Assembly (NCBI RefSeq): GCF_001194135.2
Contig: NC_068982.1
Location: forward strand, 133,619,883-133,683,882
DNA from: Octopus bimaculoides
Taxonomy: Eukaryota
Direction: 5' to 3'
DNA: 64,000 bases
In this document: piece by piece, positions 10,886 to 24,801 of the stretch
Layout of the letters: the number at the start of each line of letters is the position of its first letter
Numbering within the stretch: the stretch's first letter is position 1
Notes under the pieces: generated by a model
The model's input: only the letters and a program-made list of their open reading frames with translations
Database searches by the model: none
Told to the model about the DNA's origin: nothing
Program-made: the position numbers and the translations under genes

Positions 10886-13329
10886 TGAAAATGAGTTAAA
10901 ATACAATAACATAATTGTAATAAACCAAATCAAACATAAAACAAAAGTATTGAAAATTAAAGAACAGCTGAACACTGGAGGAAAAAAATGGACTCTAACA
11001 ACTTCCAGCCATGACTGTCACTACCTCTACACAACCAATCTCCTCAATACACTGAGGCATATCTGCAACACCTCAGAAAAGTATTACAAATCTATATTTT
11101 CTCTCTCTCTCCAAAGTCACCCCTTCTCCATTAAAAATGGCTTAAAATTTTAACACACAGCCAACAATTTTTAAGGGAGAGACTAAGTAAATTACAGCAA
11201 CCCCAGTATTTAACTGGTACTTATTTTATTTACCCTATAACAATGAAAGGCAAAATTAACCTTGATAATGATTATGACAATGATAATGGTTTCAAATTTT
11301 GGCACAAGGCCAGCAATTCTGAGGGGAATGGGTCAGCTGATTACATCGACTCCAGTATTGAATGGTACTGTACTCCAAAAGGATGAAGGGCAAAGTTGAC
11401 CTTAACAGGATTTGAACTCAGAATGCTAAGAGCCAGAAGATAGATGGATGGATGGATAGATAAATGGATGGATACAGATATGCAGCAACATCAATAACTT
11501 TATTAGCCCCACAACATCCACCACCAAACATTGTGATAGGATGCACACCATTAGGCATACAGAAGAATGGTAACTATCATGCTCCAACAGAATCCATCAC
11601 AGCTAGCCCCACAGTGGCCATCCTTCCAGAACATGAAGGCATACAGAACATAAACTCAAATAAACAAAAATATTTGATGTTTGAGTATATAAAAATAAAT
11701 AAAATAATGATGCAACTCAACTGAAGCTATCTAAGGCTGTTCACAGAATGTCATTTACACTTAAATACTACAATGTCAAATATACAAACTGAAAGGAAAC
11801 GAGAATGTGACAATGGGAAAAAAAAAGTTGTTTCTAGAACATATTTAGAAGTGGATTTTCATTCATAAACCACATAAGATGATCAAAAGCAGCCTGCAAT
11901 GTAGCACAGATGAAACTAGTTAAAAAAATAAATATCTATATCAGGGTATGTGAGATTTAGGAAAACACTAAGATTTTGAAGTAATCACAATCAACTGGTT
12001 TTCAAATGGTGCACTCTCAGAGTTATTGAATAGTATTTAAAACTTGATATTCAAATATAATTACTTTTTACCTTTTACATGGTTCAATCATTAGACTGGT
12101 CATACTGGGGCAATGCTCTGAAGGTTTTAGTCAAACAAATCAGCCTTGCTAAACCATTAAACCATGAGGAGACAGACACAAATATAGGTAAGCATATATA
12201 CAATGGGCTTCTTTCAGTTTCCATCTACCAAACCCACTCAGAAAACTTTAATTGGCTTGCAGTTATAGTAGAAGACACTTGCCCTAGGTGCCATGCAATG
12301 GGACTGAACCCCAAACCATGTGGACCGGATGCAAACTTCTTACCACACAGACATGTCTGCACTTAATTAGCAATAAATTTGACATTGATCTATAGTATCA
12401 ATGAAATGGTATTCATTAGTGCCTTTACATAGGTCTGATTGGGTTCTCACTACTGAATTTCACTCAAAACACTGTGTTTTTCTGTGCATCCTTGTCTTTA
12501 CATTGTGTAATGGTTGTAAACAAGCATCAGTGCTATGCAAGCAAGGTTTTCCATTTCCAGTCTTCCCTGAAAAACATGTCTGAATTGCTTGGAGATAGGT
12601 ATGGGTTGGTGTCAGGAAAGGCATCTGGCCATAGACAGTCAGCCTCAGCAGATTCCATCTGACAGAATTCTCATTTAACATTCAATTCTCCATGAAAGAA
12701 TGGAGAATTGGATGATAAGTAATAATGATGATGAAGGCTTTGTTTGACCGAATGTTATAGGATTGAATCCAAAACTACACAGGGTGTCAAGCAAACTTCT
12801 TAACCATACACAAACCAATGAACCACTAATCTGTTAAATAGTAATTTACTGCTTATAGCATTAAGCTGTGTGTACCACATTTACACCTAGATTAAGAGAG
12901 AGATCAAGAGAGAGCTATTAAGAACAAAGTCTTTTAGTCAGGTACAGTTCATATTATCAAAAGGAATATTGGAACTTGCTACCCTTTAATCCAGCTGCCC
13001 ACATCACAAACCAGTCATATGTGACTCAATAAACATGTTACTTTGCAAATAGTCAATATAAAATGCTTGAATTGAGTAGACATAAGTGAAGGAGTAAGTG
13101 GATATCACCTAACATATGATGAGTTTTCTAAGCCCTTTGATTTGCCATATCATTTCTTGAAGACAATAAGATTAATATAAAAACAATTTTAAAATTAACA
13201 TTCAAAAACCTTGAGATGGTTGTTGTACAATATCAGTGTTTTGTAAAGAATGTATTGACTTGCACAATTCTACTAATTTTCTCAAAGATCAGTTGTTCTG
13301 ATAGACTTATATATTTAGTTACTCAACAG

Positions 13330-13660
13330 GGTGTGTAGCTTGCAGAGCAACGAGTCTCTCCAGGTTGAGATGTTACTGCTCCATACTAACAGATTAGAGC
13401 TACATTACAGACGTGATTAGAATGTTGCAGAAGAGTATAGCAAGACAGATTCTTCAAACTGAACCAACCATCAGAAGACCTGGGGTAGATCAAGAATGAG
13501 ATACCTGGATAATATCCACAGTCTCAGTTGGTCATGCTTGAAAATACAGCTGGAAAATGTAATGACGGTTGCTTCTGCTAGAACCCTATGAAGGAGGTGT
13601 CCAAGAACTCTACCCCCAGGAATAGTGGATTGAGAAAATAGATGGATAGTTATATATCCT
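13330..13660 (+). mobile_element. Decayed RTE-like LINE ORF 3' end
   Basis: Translates with frameshifts to VIRMLQKSIARQILQTEP...GRSRMRYLDNIHSL, typical of the C-terminus of RTE-type ORFs. Confidence 0.55.
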
Positions 13661-15660
13661 CATAAGACTTCATGTCATTACACTGCCAAATGCTTGACTT
13701 TTTATTGATAAGGGATATACATCAATCATGTTCATTTGACTTGAAGAAGCGATGGAACAAAATTTATGACAGCATTTCCAAGGGAATGGAAAGTAGAGAT
13801 GAACATTTGATAAAGTGAATCCCATTGAATCAGTAGCAGCAACTTTATTTTACAAATACTCTTTAGAAAAGCAATGAAAATATCTCTACAAGTTCCCATA
13901 CTGAGAGGTTTGTAAGAGTCAGTGCTTATCTCTAGATCTATGCTGATAAGCAGATAAGAGATTCTGCCCCAACCCCAACACAATAAAATAGAATGTCAAT
14001 GTATCAGACAGCAATTCTGGATCTGGTACCTATTTCTAATAGGTAGACGTTGTGACATTCATAGAATGATATGTCTTGCCTAAATATACAATAAAATGTC
14101 ACTCAGATATTTGAATGAAACATATTCTTCCTCTTTCTCTCAGAGAGCTGAAGTCTTGTGCCTATGTAAGAAATCAATATAGTCAATAAGGTCAACTACA
14201 GACAACTTAGCCAATTCCATGAATCATATTTGAATTACAGCTGTGGACATTTACTCCACAGGCTTGGAAACACATAATTGCACTTTATTTCCCTAATAAA
14301 TTTGAGACTATGTTCCTAAGGACAAAAATCACTATAACAAACTCAGCTACTTTTATATGCTGATTAACAAAGCTGTTTTTGATAGATAATAGATTTCCTT
14401 TCCCAATAATCCATCACACCATCAAATGATGTATTTCTTTGCAACTTTTTATTCCTAAGATGTCACCCCAATGTAAGTTTGGTTTCTTAATAGAAAAAAA
14501 AAGCCATCAATTTTTTTCATTTTCCTTTTTTTTTTCCCCCTCTCCAGTGTAGTTCTTACTACATGTCATGGCATAAATCTAGAAACTATGTAAATCTTTT
14601 AATCTTTTTCTCTTAATCTTTTGAAATTATACAAAACAAAACAATTCCCCACCTTTCCTTTTTCTATCAAGGTAGTTGATTTCTCTCATTTGCAGTAGCA
14701 TTTATATTCCAGCAGATAAAATCTCAAGCATTATTTTTAAGAGAATCAACTGCAGTTGAAAGAAAAGATTAGAAACGATTAATGGATGCTGAAGCTAGAA
14801 ATGTAGCATAAACAAACCCAACGACTCAGTGAAGAGTAACATGAATCATCATCATTTTACATACACCTTCCACGCTGGCATAGGTTGGGCAGTTGGAGAA
14901 GATCTGATTAGCTGGAGGACTGTATCATGCTCCAATGTCTCTGCTTTGGTATGGTGTCTGAAGTTGGATACCCTTCTAATACCAATCACTTTACAGAGTG
15001 TGATGGGTACTTTTTTCATGACACAAGCAAGAAAGAGGTCAACTGGCAACTTGCAAAACAAACAGCCAAAATGACACCCACTTCTAATGGTTTCAGATTT
15101 GGGCACAGGGTCAGCAGTTTTTGAAGGAAGAGGAAAGTGAATTACATTACCCCAGCACTTGACTGGTATATATTTTATTAGCCCCGAAAGGATGAAAGCA
15201 AAGTTGACTTTGGTGGAATTTGAACTCAGAAAATAAAGATGCATGAAAAACTGCTATGCATTTTGCGCTATTGGCCTTGCTAGGAGGAGGAGGAGGAGGA
15301 GGAGGAACAGTAACAACAACAAGAATTATTTCTGATATGAGGAAACTGAAATCTGTGGGGAAAGTGTTAATCTTAAATTGATCCTAGTAAATTTATTGGT
15401 GTCATCTTCATTATCATTATTTTATGTCTGCTTTCCATGCAGATATGGATTGGATGAGTAGCTATTGCTCTCCTAGATGGGTTGGAGACAACATTTCATT
15501 TCTAAGTTTCATTTTCAGCTTGATTTCTAGAACTGGATGTCTTTCCTAACACCCAACCACATTATAATGTGTACTAAGTGATGTTTTTTCATGGCACCAG
15601 GACAGAAATTGTCATGCCTTTTTCAAGACTCAAGTGTTCTTTATTTTACTGATTCTAGAT

Positions 15661-15898
15661 CAGTGTTTCTCATTCATCTTTTTACCAATAGATCCCTTTG
15701 ATTCCTATTTGACTTGGATGGACCCTCCTAGCTATTCAATGTTTAAAAAATTGTATTATATTTTTATTGTTAAATATTATTAGGAGTTGTATAAGAAAAA
15801 TTTGTTAAAACAATTTTTGTTTCGTAAAGATATAAGCAATTCATTGCAGATAAATCTGAACAACAAAATCTCATATGGATCCCAGTTGAGAACTACTG
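15661..15898. mobile_element. hAT (Charlie-like) MITE with 8-bp TSD
   Basis: Termini CAGTGTTTCTCA...TGAGAACTACTG. TSD TTCTAGAT at 15653-15660 and 15899-15906, fitting the NTCTAGAN preference. Confidence 0.88.
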
Positions 15899-17869
15899 TT
15901 CTAGATGAATGAAAAGCAAAGTTGATCTTGGTGGGATTTGAACACCTAATATAAAGAGTTGAAATAAATATTGCTAGTTATTTTGTCTGAAGCTCTAACA
16001 ATTCTGCCAGTCTACCACCAACATTATAGTAATAACAATAAAATTATTTCCTGAATGATTTTTTTTTTATATTGCTGTAGGGATGCTTTACTGAGTATGT
16101 AACCTCACATCACATTACAGTCATAACATTTATCTGTCTTCATGTACCATATTAACAAATATTGGCTATTATGGAACTCTATGCCAAAGCCTGAAGATTT
16201 ATTATTTTTCTTGGAAAATATACGGCAGGGGGTTTATTATTGCCTTCTGTTGGTTATTTGCAGTTTATTCTGCTCTCTCGAGCTTATCTTCAGGGCACAA
16301 ACCCTATTTAAGGCTTAAGCAGAGGGAAAGGTTCACAAGACATCAAGGCATGGACCTGTATGATAGCTGTCTAGGGGCCACTTCTCCTATGAGTCTCATA
16401 TGCCTTAGTTACAGGACCACCTTCTACCTCTTGACCCATAACCAGGCAGCCTGACAGATACTACAACTCTGAGTCAGAGCAGACCTGAGAATAATGTTGA
16501 CTAAAGAGTAACTCTAAATTCTACAATACCACCTAAACTGTTAGACTGGAGCCTCGTTACCATATTATGTTTAATGTTTTGGCCAGGACTAAAACAAGTT
16601 CTATGGACTTTACAATGTCTATTGAATTTTTTGAGCTTTAAGTAAATTAATCGGTCAGTTTTGGCAATAAGTATTCAGTTATTCAATCAAATAGACTACA
16701 TGCTCATGGAATTGGCATGCAAGTGGCTGAACATATTCCACAGGTATAACCTTTTTGTTACCATATTTCCATTGAAGTACATTGCCTTAGTTTTCATTAA
16801 TTTTGAAAATAAAAACAAATTTAATGAAATAACTGTCATTATTAAGTTGATATTTGGAATGTAAATTAATATGTAATTTTGATAGAAGATTTTAATTTAT
16901 ATCACTTTAAAAGAAGAGGTTTGAATGACAGAACTAGGGGCAGGCCCAGATGGATTGGTATTTAAAGGGTTAATGTTGTTTTCAGTTGGATTCAATGATA
17001 AGGTGGACCTTTAAATTACAGGTATAATGGATGCAGTATGACCGCATGGTTAAGAAGAGTCATCTTGGGTGTTTTTTCACATTAGTCCCAGGTCAACTTA
17101 AGCCTTACAAGTAAAACTGGGCAGACAAACTATGTGGAAGTACACTGACCAGTTCGTACTTGAATAAGTTCTGGAGCTGAAGTGAAGTACTAAATACCAT
17201 CTTATTAAATTGCACCAGAGTTCAATACTCCTTGAAATACTTACCAGTACCTATAACCTTTCAATAGATTTCTTTATTTCTATTTAAAAAAGAAAGGTCA
17301 ATAGGATTGGCACCTCATGTGAATTTTGAAATACATACTTATACACACACACATATATATGTTTATGTATGTATGTGTGCTTGAATGTATGTAAATTCCT
17401 CTTGTCTTAACATGTGCATGCCAATTATAACCAAAAGTCACTGTTCTACAAAATGGTTTCATTTTTCCAAGAAAACAAATTTGGGTTATTCATTGTTCAA
17501 TAGACTAGGGGAAATTCTACTTTACTTGGGAACAAATGATTTTTGCTAAGAGGAAGAGCATCCAGTTGCAGAAATATTTATTCCAAGCATGGAAAAGCAG
17601 ACATTGGAACAATGATGAAACAGTCAAATACATGGATACAGCTATCTCATAACTGAAAAGATTGCTAGATCAGAAAAAAAAAAAAAAATCATCTGGTAGT
17701 ATATCGAAGGAAACACCATTGTTCTCCAAACTATACTCAATATTCAAACTAATGAAACACTTGTCATTTATACAGTGTTCAAGTTGAAGTAAACTGACTA
17801 CATCATCTTCACAATTTTAACATTCATTTTCCCATAAAGGCATGACACACCGCACTGATTTTACAAAAG

Positions 17870-18120
17870 TTGTAGTGATTAAGGAGAGATAGAGATTTCA
17901 GAATTGAGTGCAAATGACTGTCTCCATCGCCTTTGAAATACTGATGTTGAAAGTGGGAGTGATGGGACATGCCAGAGTAAAAGGAGTTCCTTTTGTGGGA
18001 ATGAGAGAGTGTAGAATGTTTCCAAAGGTTGTATGTGTACCCTGAGAGAGAAGGTGAGAGAAGGATTGAAAAGTTTAGTAAGGATGAGGGCTAGCTCTTG
18101 AGTACATTGTTTGAGGGTTA
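17870..18120 (-). mobile_element. Decayed CR1/L2/Jockey-type reverse transcriptase fragment
   Basis: The minus strand gives QCTQELALILTKLFNPSL...SKAMETVI, matching the start of the RT domain. Confidence 0.65.
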
Positions 18121-20493
18121 TGGAAAGAACATTGAATTATGAGTTCAAATTCACTGCAAATGCTTTGTTGTGTCTCTCGGACAAAACAAACCACCCTATA
18201 TCACCTCTGCTTGCCTGTCTATTGAAAATAATTCTACACCATCTGAGATATATATGCATTTTATCTTAAGAAGGGATTTATCTCAGTTGATTCATGCTCA
18301 GAACGAAGAATTGCTGTTTGAAGCTCTTTGAGGTCTTTAGAGACTTTTACTTCATACTATGTATCAAAAGTAAAATTTGTCTTGCAGAGTCATCTCTCTC
18401 CAGACTGTTGACTAAAGCTTGAAATCATGGTTAAGAGAATGATCTGAAATGGCTGAGTATAAAATTGAAATTATTACACACATTGATTGAAGTTTATCAC
18501 TGCTCTGTAGCACTCAAATCATAAAATATAACCTCTTAAACATATGTGACTAGAAAATATTTGACTATATTGCATGTCACATGTAATCTGGTTGTAAAGT
18601 ATCTTGTGGAACAATTCAATGAAACCTCTCTAGCAATTCTTTCTTCAAATTAAATTTTTAAAAATAGTGTTAATTCCTCTGTTTAAGTATTCTTTAAATA
18701 GACTAGCATTAAAATAGCACATGTGAACAGAAAATTGCTTATTTCTGGAAGTTGATTAAGAATGAGGGTAGAAGTTCTATTTAAATGAGAACATTGACAG
18801 CGCATGTGTTCTTACAATATAGCTGATTAACATTGCAGAGTAATTAGGATAGTAATTAAGCTGTCCTTTGATTAGGTCATAGTAACATATTTATTAATCG
18901 ACTATGAATGTACTCTGGGGAAGAAGGGGAAATAAACCCAAAAACTAAAAAAAAAAAAAAATACTGACAACCTGTCAGGACTTTATTGATAAATAGCTCT
19001 GAGTTAAGTTTTCAAAGCAAATAGAACAAGTTTCTTTTGTCTGTAACAGGAGGTGACTTTTTTTTTTTTGACACTGAATGTTGAATTAGATGTTTCTCCA
19101 GCCAAAGTGGAAAGACTCAGGGCGGTCATTCGACCTGCTAAAAACAGCAGCTATATTCCTCGTAAGTTACATTATTGCTGTTTAAAAAAATGAAAAATAG
19201 AAAGGACAGTGAACAATATAGTCGTAAATATATCAAAAGACTAACTGGTCAATGCTAGAATACATTTGATAATAGGTTTGCTCGATCAGCATTGATTTGG
19301 GTCTAAACAATAACAATATCATAAGCTCCGATTTCAATTCATGAATCAAGCCATTTTCATTCATTGATGTCGTTAATACCACTATGAAAGGGTTACTAGT
19401 CACGCAATTTTCCCGCTTTCAGTATAAATCTAACGTTTTTGTTTCGTAGGTAAGGATAACAATTATTTTTATCTTAGAAAGGCAACCAGTGTTGTAAAAA
19501 AAAGAAGTAAACTTTCGCAGAGTTGGAACTACCAATGATCTATAATGAATCTTGTTTTACGTTTTACTTTCAGCGCTCATGGTAAATACATGAACATCAT
19601 CACATCATCTGATTACTATTGATTAGCAATGCAGTATGTCAAAAGAAATCGGAAGAATGATTCCAAATGTATAAGGGAGTAAATAAATACAAGGTTGACA
19701 ATAGACACTATTCGCTGTTATTGTTTTACAGGTCAACAGTATTAAATTGTTATATTTATAGGAATAAATAACGAAACAGAAAGGTTCAAAGAATAAGAAG
19801 GCACGTAGTAAAAATTTATCGTAAAATTATCATTATATTATTATTATAGATCTGAATCATCTCAGTACTTCATTAATTACTATTAATTGTTTTACAAAAT
19901 GCCCTCCAGTTTTTGATATAGAGAAACAAAACAGCAAGCCCCGTTCATTTTTTTAATATTAAACTAGACACAAAATAGCAAGTATATGTTTCCGGACATC
20001 ATAAAATGTACAGACTATCGATGAAAGCAAAATATATAAATAAAGACAACGGTTTATCCAACATATTCGACCCTATATACGCCCCCCTTCTTTATTTCCG
20101 GATCGGTGACAAGTTGTATAATTAAAAGCAATAACCGTATCGGGGAATAAATAAAACGATACAAGGATGATCGCTGGAAAATATAGGGGGAAAAAAAAGG
20201 AATGGGGTGCTATTGAGAAGAGGAGTTGATGAAATATCGGTATAGGGTTTTTACTTACATGAGGTTAGTCAGCAGATAAACTAAAAAAACAGTGGAAACA
20301 TGAATAACGGTGAGAATTGACAATGATGGTGGTGGTGGTGATAATGGAAGTAGTAAGACATATTCTGCAGTAACGTAGGAGAAGGAAGAGGGAACAATAT
20401 AAAGAAGAACAGGGGAAGGAGGAGGAATAAAAAGAAAGAGTGTGTGAGAGAGGGTGTATTAGTTCACCTCCCCTTCCTGTTTCTACAACTCAC

Positions 20494-20522
20494 CGGTGAC
20501 ATTCACCGCCAAAGCACATGGA
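20494..20522 (-). other. Candidate 29-nt exon of an unidentified minus-strand gene
   Basis: On the minus strand: a pyrimidine-rich AG-free tract, then tttaaag|TCCATGTGCTTTGGCGGTGAATGTCACCG|gtgagt. Confidence 0.35.
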
Positions 20523-21461
20523 CTTTAAATCGACGAAGAGGGCATATAAACAAGCGAGAAAAAGAAAATATTTATTATATTATAGGTATATAAATTCGTT
20601 TTAATATTTTAAATATATATTTTTTGTTTTTTTTTTCTGCTGTAATCAATTTATTTTCGTTTTGTTTTTTGTTTTGATGTAAATAGTAACTTTGTTGATC
20701 GGAAAATAATAATAAAACCGAACATAAACATTAAAAGTGTACAACTAGATGTAAATAATAACATTAGTTTGCTAATGGTTAATTAACTTAATTTGTCTTC
20801 TTTGTATTACTGATTAATGACAAAAAATAATACATGTATATACTTCTGTACATATATGAATATATATATATATATATATAGTTGACACAGTTTTTAATCC
20901 TTGCTATTAAAACACCAAAATAATCACAGACTGTATAAGCAAAGTAAAATTTATAACTTTGCTTATTGTTTTTAAATCGGTGAAAAACAACACTTCGAGA
21001 AAACCTCAATTCATTTTCCGCGAAATACAAACGCATGAAAATACATTATATCTTTGATCATAAAACTTTAAAAATTCTTGGAAAAGTAATTATTTTCCCC
21101 CGTTGGCATGTCGAACGTCGTGGAACGTAAAATAATAATTAAAAAAAAACTCAAAATTTTATTTAAAAAAAATAACTCCTTTTCCTGAAACTCAATCCAT
21201 TTCTTTTATTTTATTAAATATAAAATCGATTTTCTATTATGAAACAAATATAATCTGAAAGATTTTGATTTATTTTATTTCTTTTAACTTGGTTACTAAA
21301 TCCAGCATCGCATCAGCACTTCTCTTTGTACGTCTTCCTCCGTTCTAGCAAGAGTTTAAATATCATAAGATTCTGAGTGCGCGGTAGAGTTCTCCGTTTT
21401 TATTGTACCATTGTCTCTGTGAGTGTGCGCGTATGTTTCCAGCGTATTGTACTGTACTCAC

Positions 21462-21860
21462 CCGCTGTGCACCATTCATGTAACCAACCAGTCAGACATT
21501 GATATTATCCTAGTTGTGACGTAATCACCCGCCGTCCTACTGTTGCTGTAGATAATAGTGCTGATGCTGCTGCCAGTGACCATTGCAGCACCGTTCGTCG
21601 TAATCGTTATGGTTATGATGCTCGTTGTTGTTGTCGTTGCTTTCTCATAGTGGGAGGAGTTGCCGTCGTTCGCTTGTAGTAGTTAGAGGAGGAAAGAGGA
21701 GAAAGACTAAAGCAAAGGAGGGGGTAAATTGGGAAAAAGAAAAAAATGTTAGTAGTAGTAGACAGCGAGGAGGAGTGAGTGGTGGAGAAAGTGTGAGCTA
21801 GACTGCAAGTCGGTGAACACGGAAGCAACAAGCACCTGCTCGGGCCGCTGCCATGTTGGC
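21462..21860 (-). other. Candidate first exon (mostly 5' UTR) of a minus-strand gene; transcription start not known
   Basis: Ends at the consensus donor CAGCGG|GTGAGT. Possible short coding starts are MNGAQR or MVHSG. Confidence 0.4.
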
Positions 21861-21907
21861 GTGCATTGTGGGAACGTGTGGCAACCAAACTGGGTCAGTC
21901 GCTAGCG

Positions 21908-21953
21908 ATGGAGGAAAATCGGTCACAGAAGACATTGGTAGACAGTACAGCTG
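21908..21953 (+). CDS. Candidate first coding exon of an unidentified plus-strand gene (MEENRSQKTLVDSTA, phase 1). An alternative start at 21853 gives MLACIVGTCGNQTGSVASDGGKSVTEDIGRQYS (phase 2).
   Basis: GCGATGG start context and a consensus donor CTG|GTAAGC at 21954, at the edge of the CpG-rich block. I do not recognise a protein family. Confidence 0.45.
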
Positions 21954-23013
21954 GTAAGCAATTCTCACTTCTTTGCGGATTCGCTGTTTTAATTGTTGTA
22001 GAAACCCTTTTTTTCTGCATCCCACTTCAGCTTTACCTACATTGGTATGTCATATTATAATTCTGGTTCTCCTTTTTACTATCACCCTTAAATATCGTGA
22101 GTTTTATCCAAGGGATTTTTCATCGTGTAAACATATATGTAACTAACGCTAAAGCTGATACATCTATGTTGCAGCTAGTGTTTGTGTGCGTGTTATATTT
22201 CGCAGCAAACATGACGGGTTTTAAAAGGCTTTGTTAGAGAATTAGGTCAGCTTTATTAGTTCGCAAACAACTTGAGAGTTTTCTCATTTAAAAGTTTGCC
22301 ACAACTATTCACATGCATTGAACAAATCAGAATTCATCTAAAGAGAATGTTAATATTTTTCTTCATAGAATCTCATTCTTATATGCCTGTTATATTTGCT
22401 TCAAGAAAATGAGCGCAAGGCAAGTCTGTCTGGGAATACGGGTCACCCGTCTAGAAGTAGGTCACTTCACAACTCAACAAGCTAGAATTATAAGTTCGCA
22501 GATTTTACTTTTAAGATCTGAATTAGCGAGGAGAATGTATGAACAAGAGATTGTATTAAAACAACCAAATAGTTCTAGTATTTTTCCTGCTTGTTTGTGA
22601 ATCTATAGAATCACTTTTCTTAGTTTATTCTCTCGATGTGTACTGAATGGCCCAACACGTGCCCTCGTAAGTCTGGACTCTACGTCATAATTATAACTAC
22701 TTGGTTTATTGAATATTTCAAATATATTCTTCATCTCGAAGAGCAAGCAGAAATCACTAAACTTGATACAGTTCCTCAAAGATTAGCTATGCAAATATTC
22801 CGGCGCCGCCCACTTGTTTTATTGTGTAAGATCGTCTTGTTACACAACTTATATTCCGTACTCATATCCGTGCGTCTGACATAACCTCAAGTAAAGACGC
22901 AATAGCACGAACGTCAGTGCTTACAATTCTTTCTTTTCCAATGTCGAGAAATGCGTTCTATTGTTGATCACCAAGGTTAACTGATAATGTATTTGTTTCC
23001 ATACTTTGCAATT

Positions 23014-23060
<47 letters not shown>

Positions 23061-23070
23061 NNNNNNNNNN

Positions 23071-23083
23071 GCTCTTCCGATCT
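23071..23083 (+). other. Illumina adapter remnant GCTCTTCCGATCT (assembly artefact)
   Basis: Exact 3' end of the TruSeq adapter/sequencing primer, immediately after a 10-N gap and before a (CA)n tract. Confidence 0.9.
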
Positions 23084-23851
23084 CACACACACACACACAA
23101 ACACAAACACACACACATTCATACACACACACATGTCAAAATATAAATGCATACACGCATTCTCGGAAATATTTGTAACATCACCTAGAAATGTATGCCA
23201 AATCATGTTTTCAAACATTGATGCGACATCAGAAAATAACAGGAAAATTGTTTTGTTTGCACCGATATTATTTCTTTCTTTCTCTCTCTCTTTGTGTTAT
23301 ACATGTATATTATGTATCTAGCTATATCGGTAACATATATACACACACACACACGATGCGTTGGGTACAGTGGATATTATATTTCTGTATTATCTGAAAA
23401 AAAAATCAGTCTAATAGTTTCACTATTGACATATATAAAACAGAAGTTTATATATATGTATATATATACGCAAATGTAGCTTTTATATGTATCTGTATAT
23501 GTTTATGAAGGTGTTGTGTGTGTATGTATATAAATGTGCTTGTATTGCTTTATAGGTTGCATTTGTGTGTGTGTGTGTGTGTGTATAAACAAACACAAAA
23601 ATACATAAATGCATATGGGGTTTTATCTATCTACACACACACACATTGCCTTCTTTTTCAGCGTTAAGCTAAAACTATTAAGACTTCCTGTGTTCTTTTT
23701 TCTTTTCTTTTCCTTTGCAATAAATAGGTTACACACATACATACTCGGTATACGTTTATGGGTTTTACTCATACATACATGCACACACACACATACAGTT
23801 TATATGTATAGGTTATGTATATTACTTTTGTATGTAGGTTATATATATATA

Positions 23852-23970
23852 TCATCATCATCATCGTTTAACGTCCGCTTTCCATGCTAGCATGGGTTGG
23901 ATGACTTGACTGAGGACTGGTGAAACCGGATGGCAACACCAGGCTCCAATCTAAATTTGGCAGAGTTTCT

Positions 23971-23972
<2 letters not shown>
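23852..23972 (-). mobile_element. Family C retroposon tail (RTE-type 3' end), young subfamily
   Basis: Nearly identical to 49560-49675. On the minus strand it ends in aagcggacgttaaacgatgatgatg. Confidence 0.85.
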
Positions 23973-24020
<48 letters not shown>

Positions 24021-24515
24021 CATACATACACACGTAAATGAATTTATATACATGTTTGTGCATATTTGTATATGTAGGTACATATGTATATGTGTGTGTG
24101 TATATCTATATATATATATACACACACACACACATATACACATATATCATTGCTTTAACATCCACTCTTCTGTACTTGCATGGGTCAGATGGAATTGTTG
24201 GGGCAACTTTCTCTGCGGCTGGATGTTCTCCTGTTTCCAAATAGGATAATATTTTCCCTATGACCAGACTTGTTTGCATGGGAGATTAGAAACAAAGGAC
24301 ATAGCTTGTATGACAGTGAAGCTCATTTACAATTATCGTCAAACAATTGCAAAACAAGGAGATACACACAACTAGCCTTTATCTTTAATTTCTGCCAAAT
24401 CCACCCACAAGTCTTTGGTCAGTTTGGGGCTACAGTAGAAATTTGCCTAAAGTTGTAGGACTGAACCTGAAACCACTTGGTCAGAAAGCATATTTCTTAA
24501 CCACACAGCCCCGTT

Positions 24516-24566
<51 letters not shown>

Positions 24567-24769
24567 CCCATGCTAGCATGGAAAGCGAACGCTAGACGAT
24601 GATATATATATATATATATATACATACACGTACATATATCACTGTATTGTCTAGACTATCAGATGTTGGTCTCAGTTCACTTCGCATTGTTCTAATCTTC
24701 AAATGATGCCAATGCACAGGTGTATGTTTGTATGTATCTGTGCGTGTATATATATATATATATATACAT

Positions 24770-24800
<31 letters not shown>

Positions 24801-24801
24801 T

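Larger units (their letters stand above)
21300..21990. promoter_or_regulatory. Candidate CpG-enriched bidirectional promoter / 5' exon region
   Basis: Local rise in GC and CpG against a depleted background, with no SINEs. YY1-type motif CAACATGGCAGCGG on the minus strand (21845-21858), ETS-type CGGAAG (21820-21825), CRE-like TGACGTAA (21517-21524). Splice donors point outward on both strands. Confidence 0.65.

Noticed and set aside
21853-21953. Assignment of the exon-1 peptide (...RQYS-W) to RP2 or another named gene
   Set aside because: The resemblance is limited to four residues, the N-terminal myristoylation motif is absent, and no matching downstream exon was found. No gene symbol is given.
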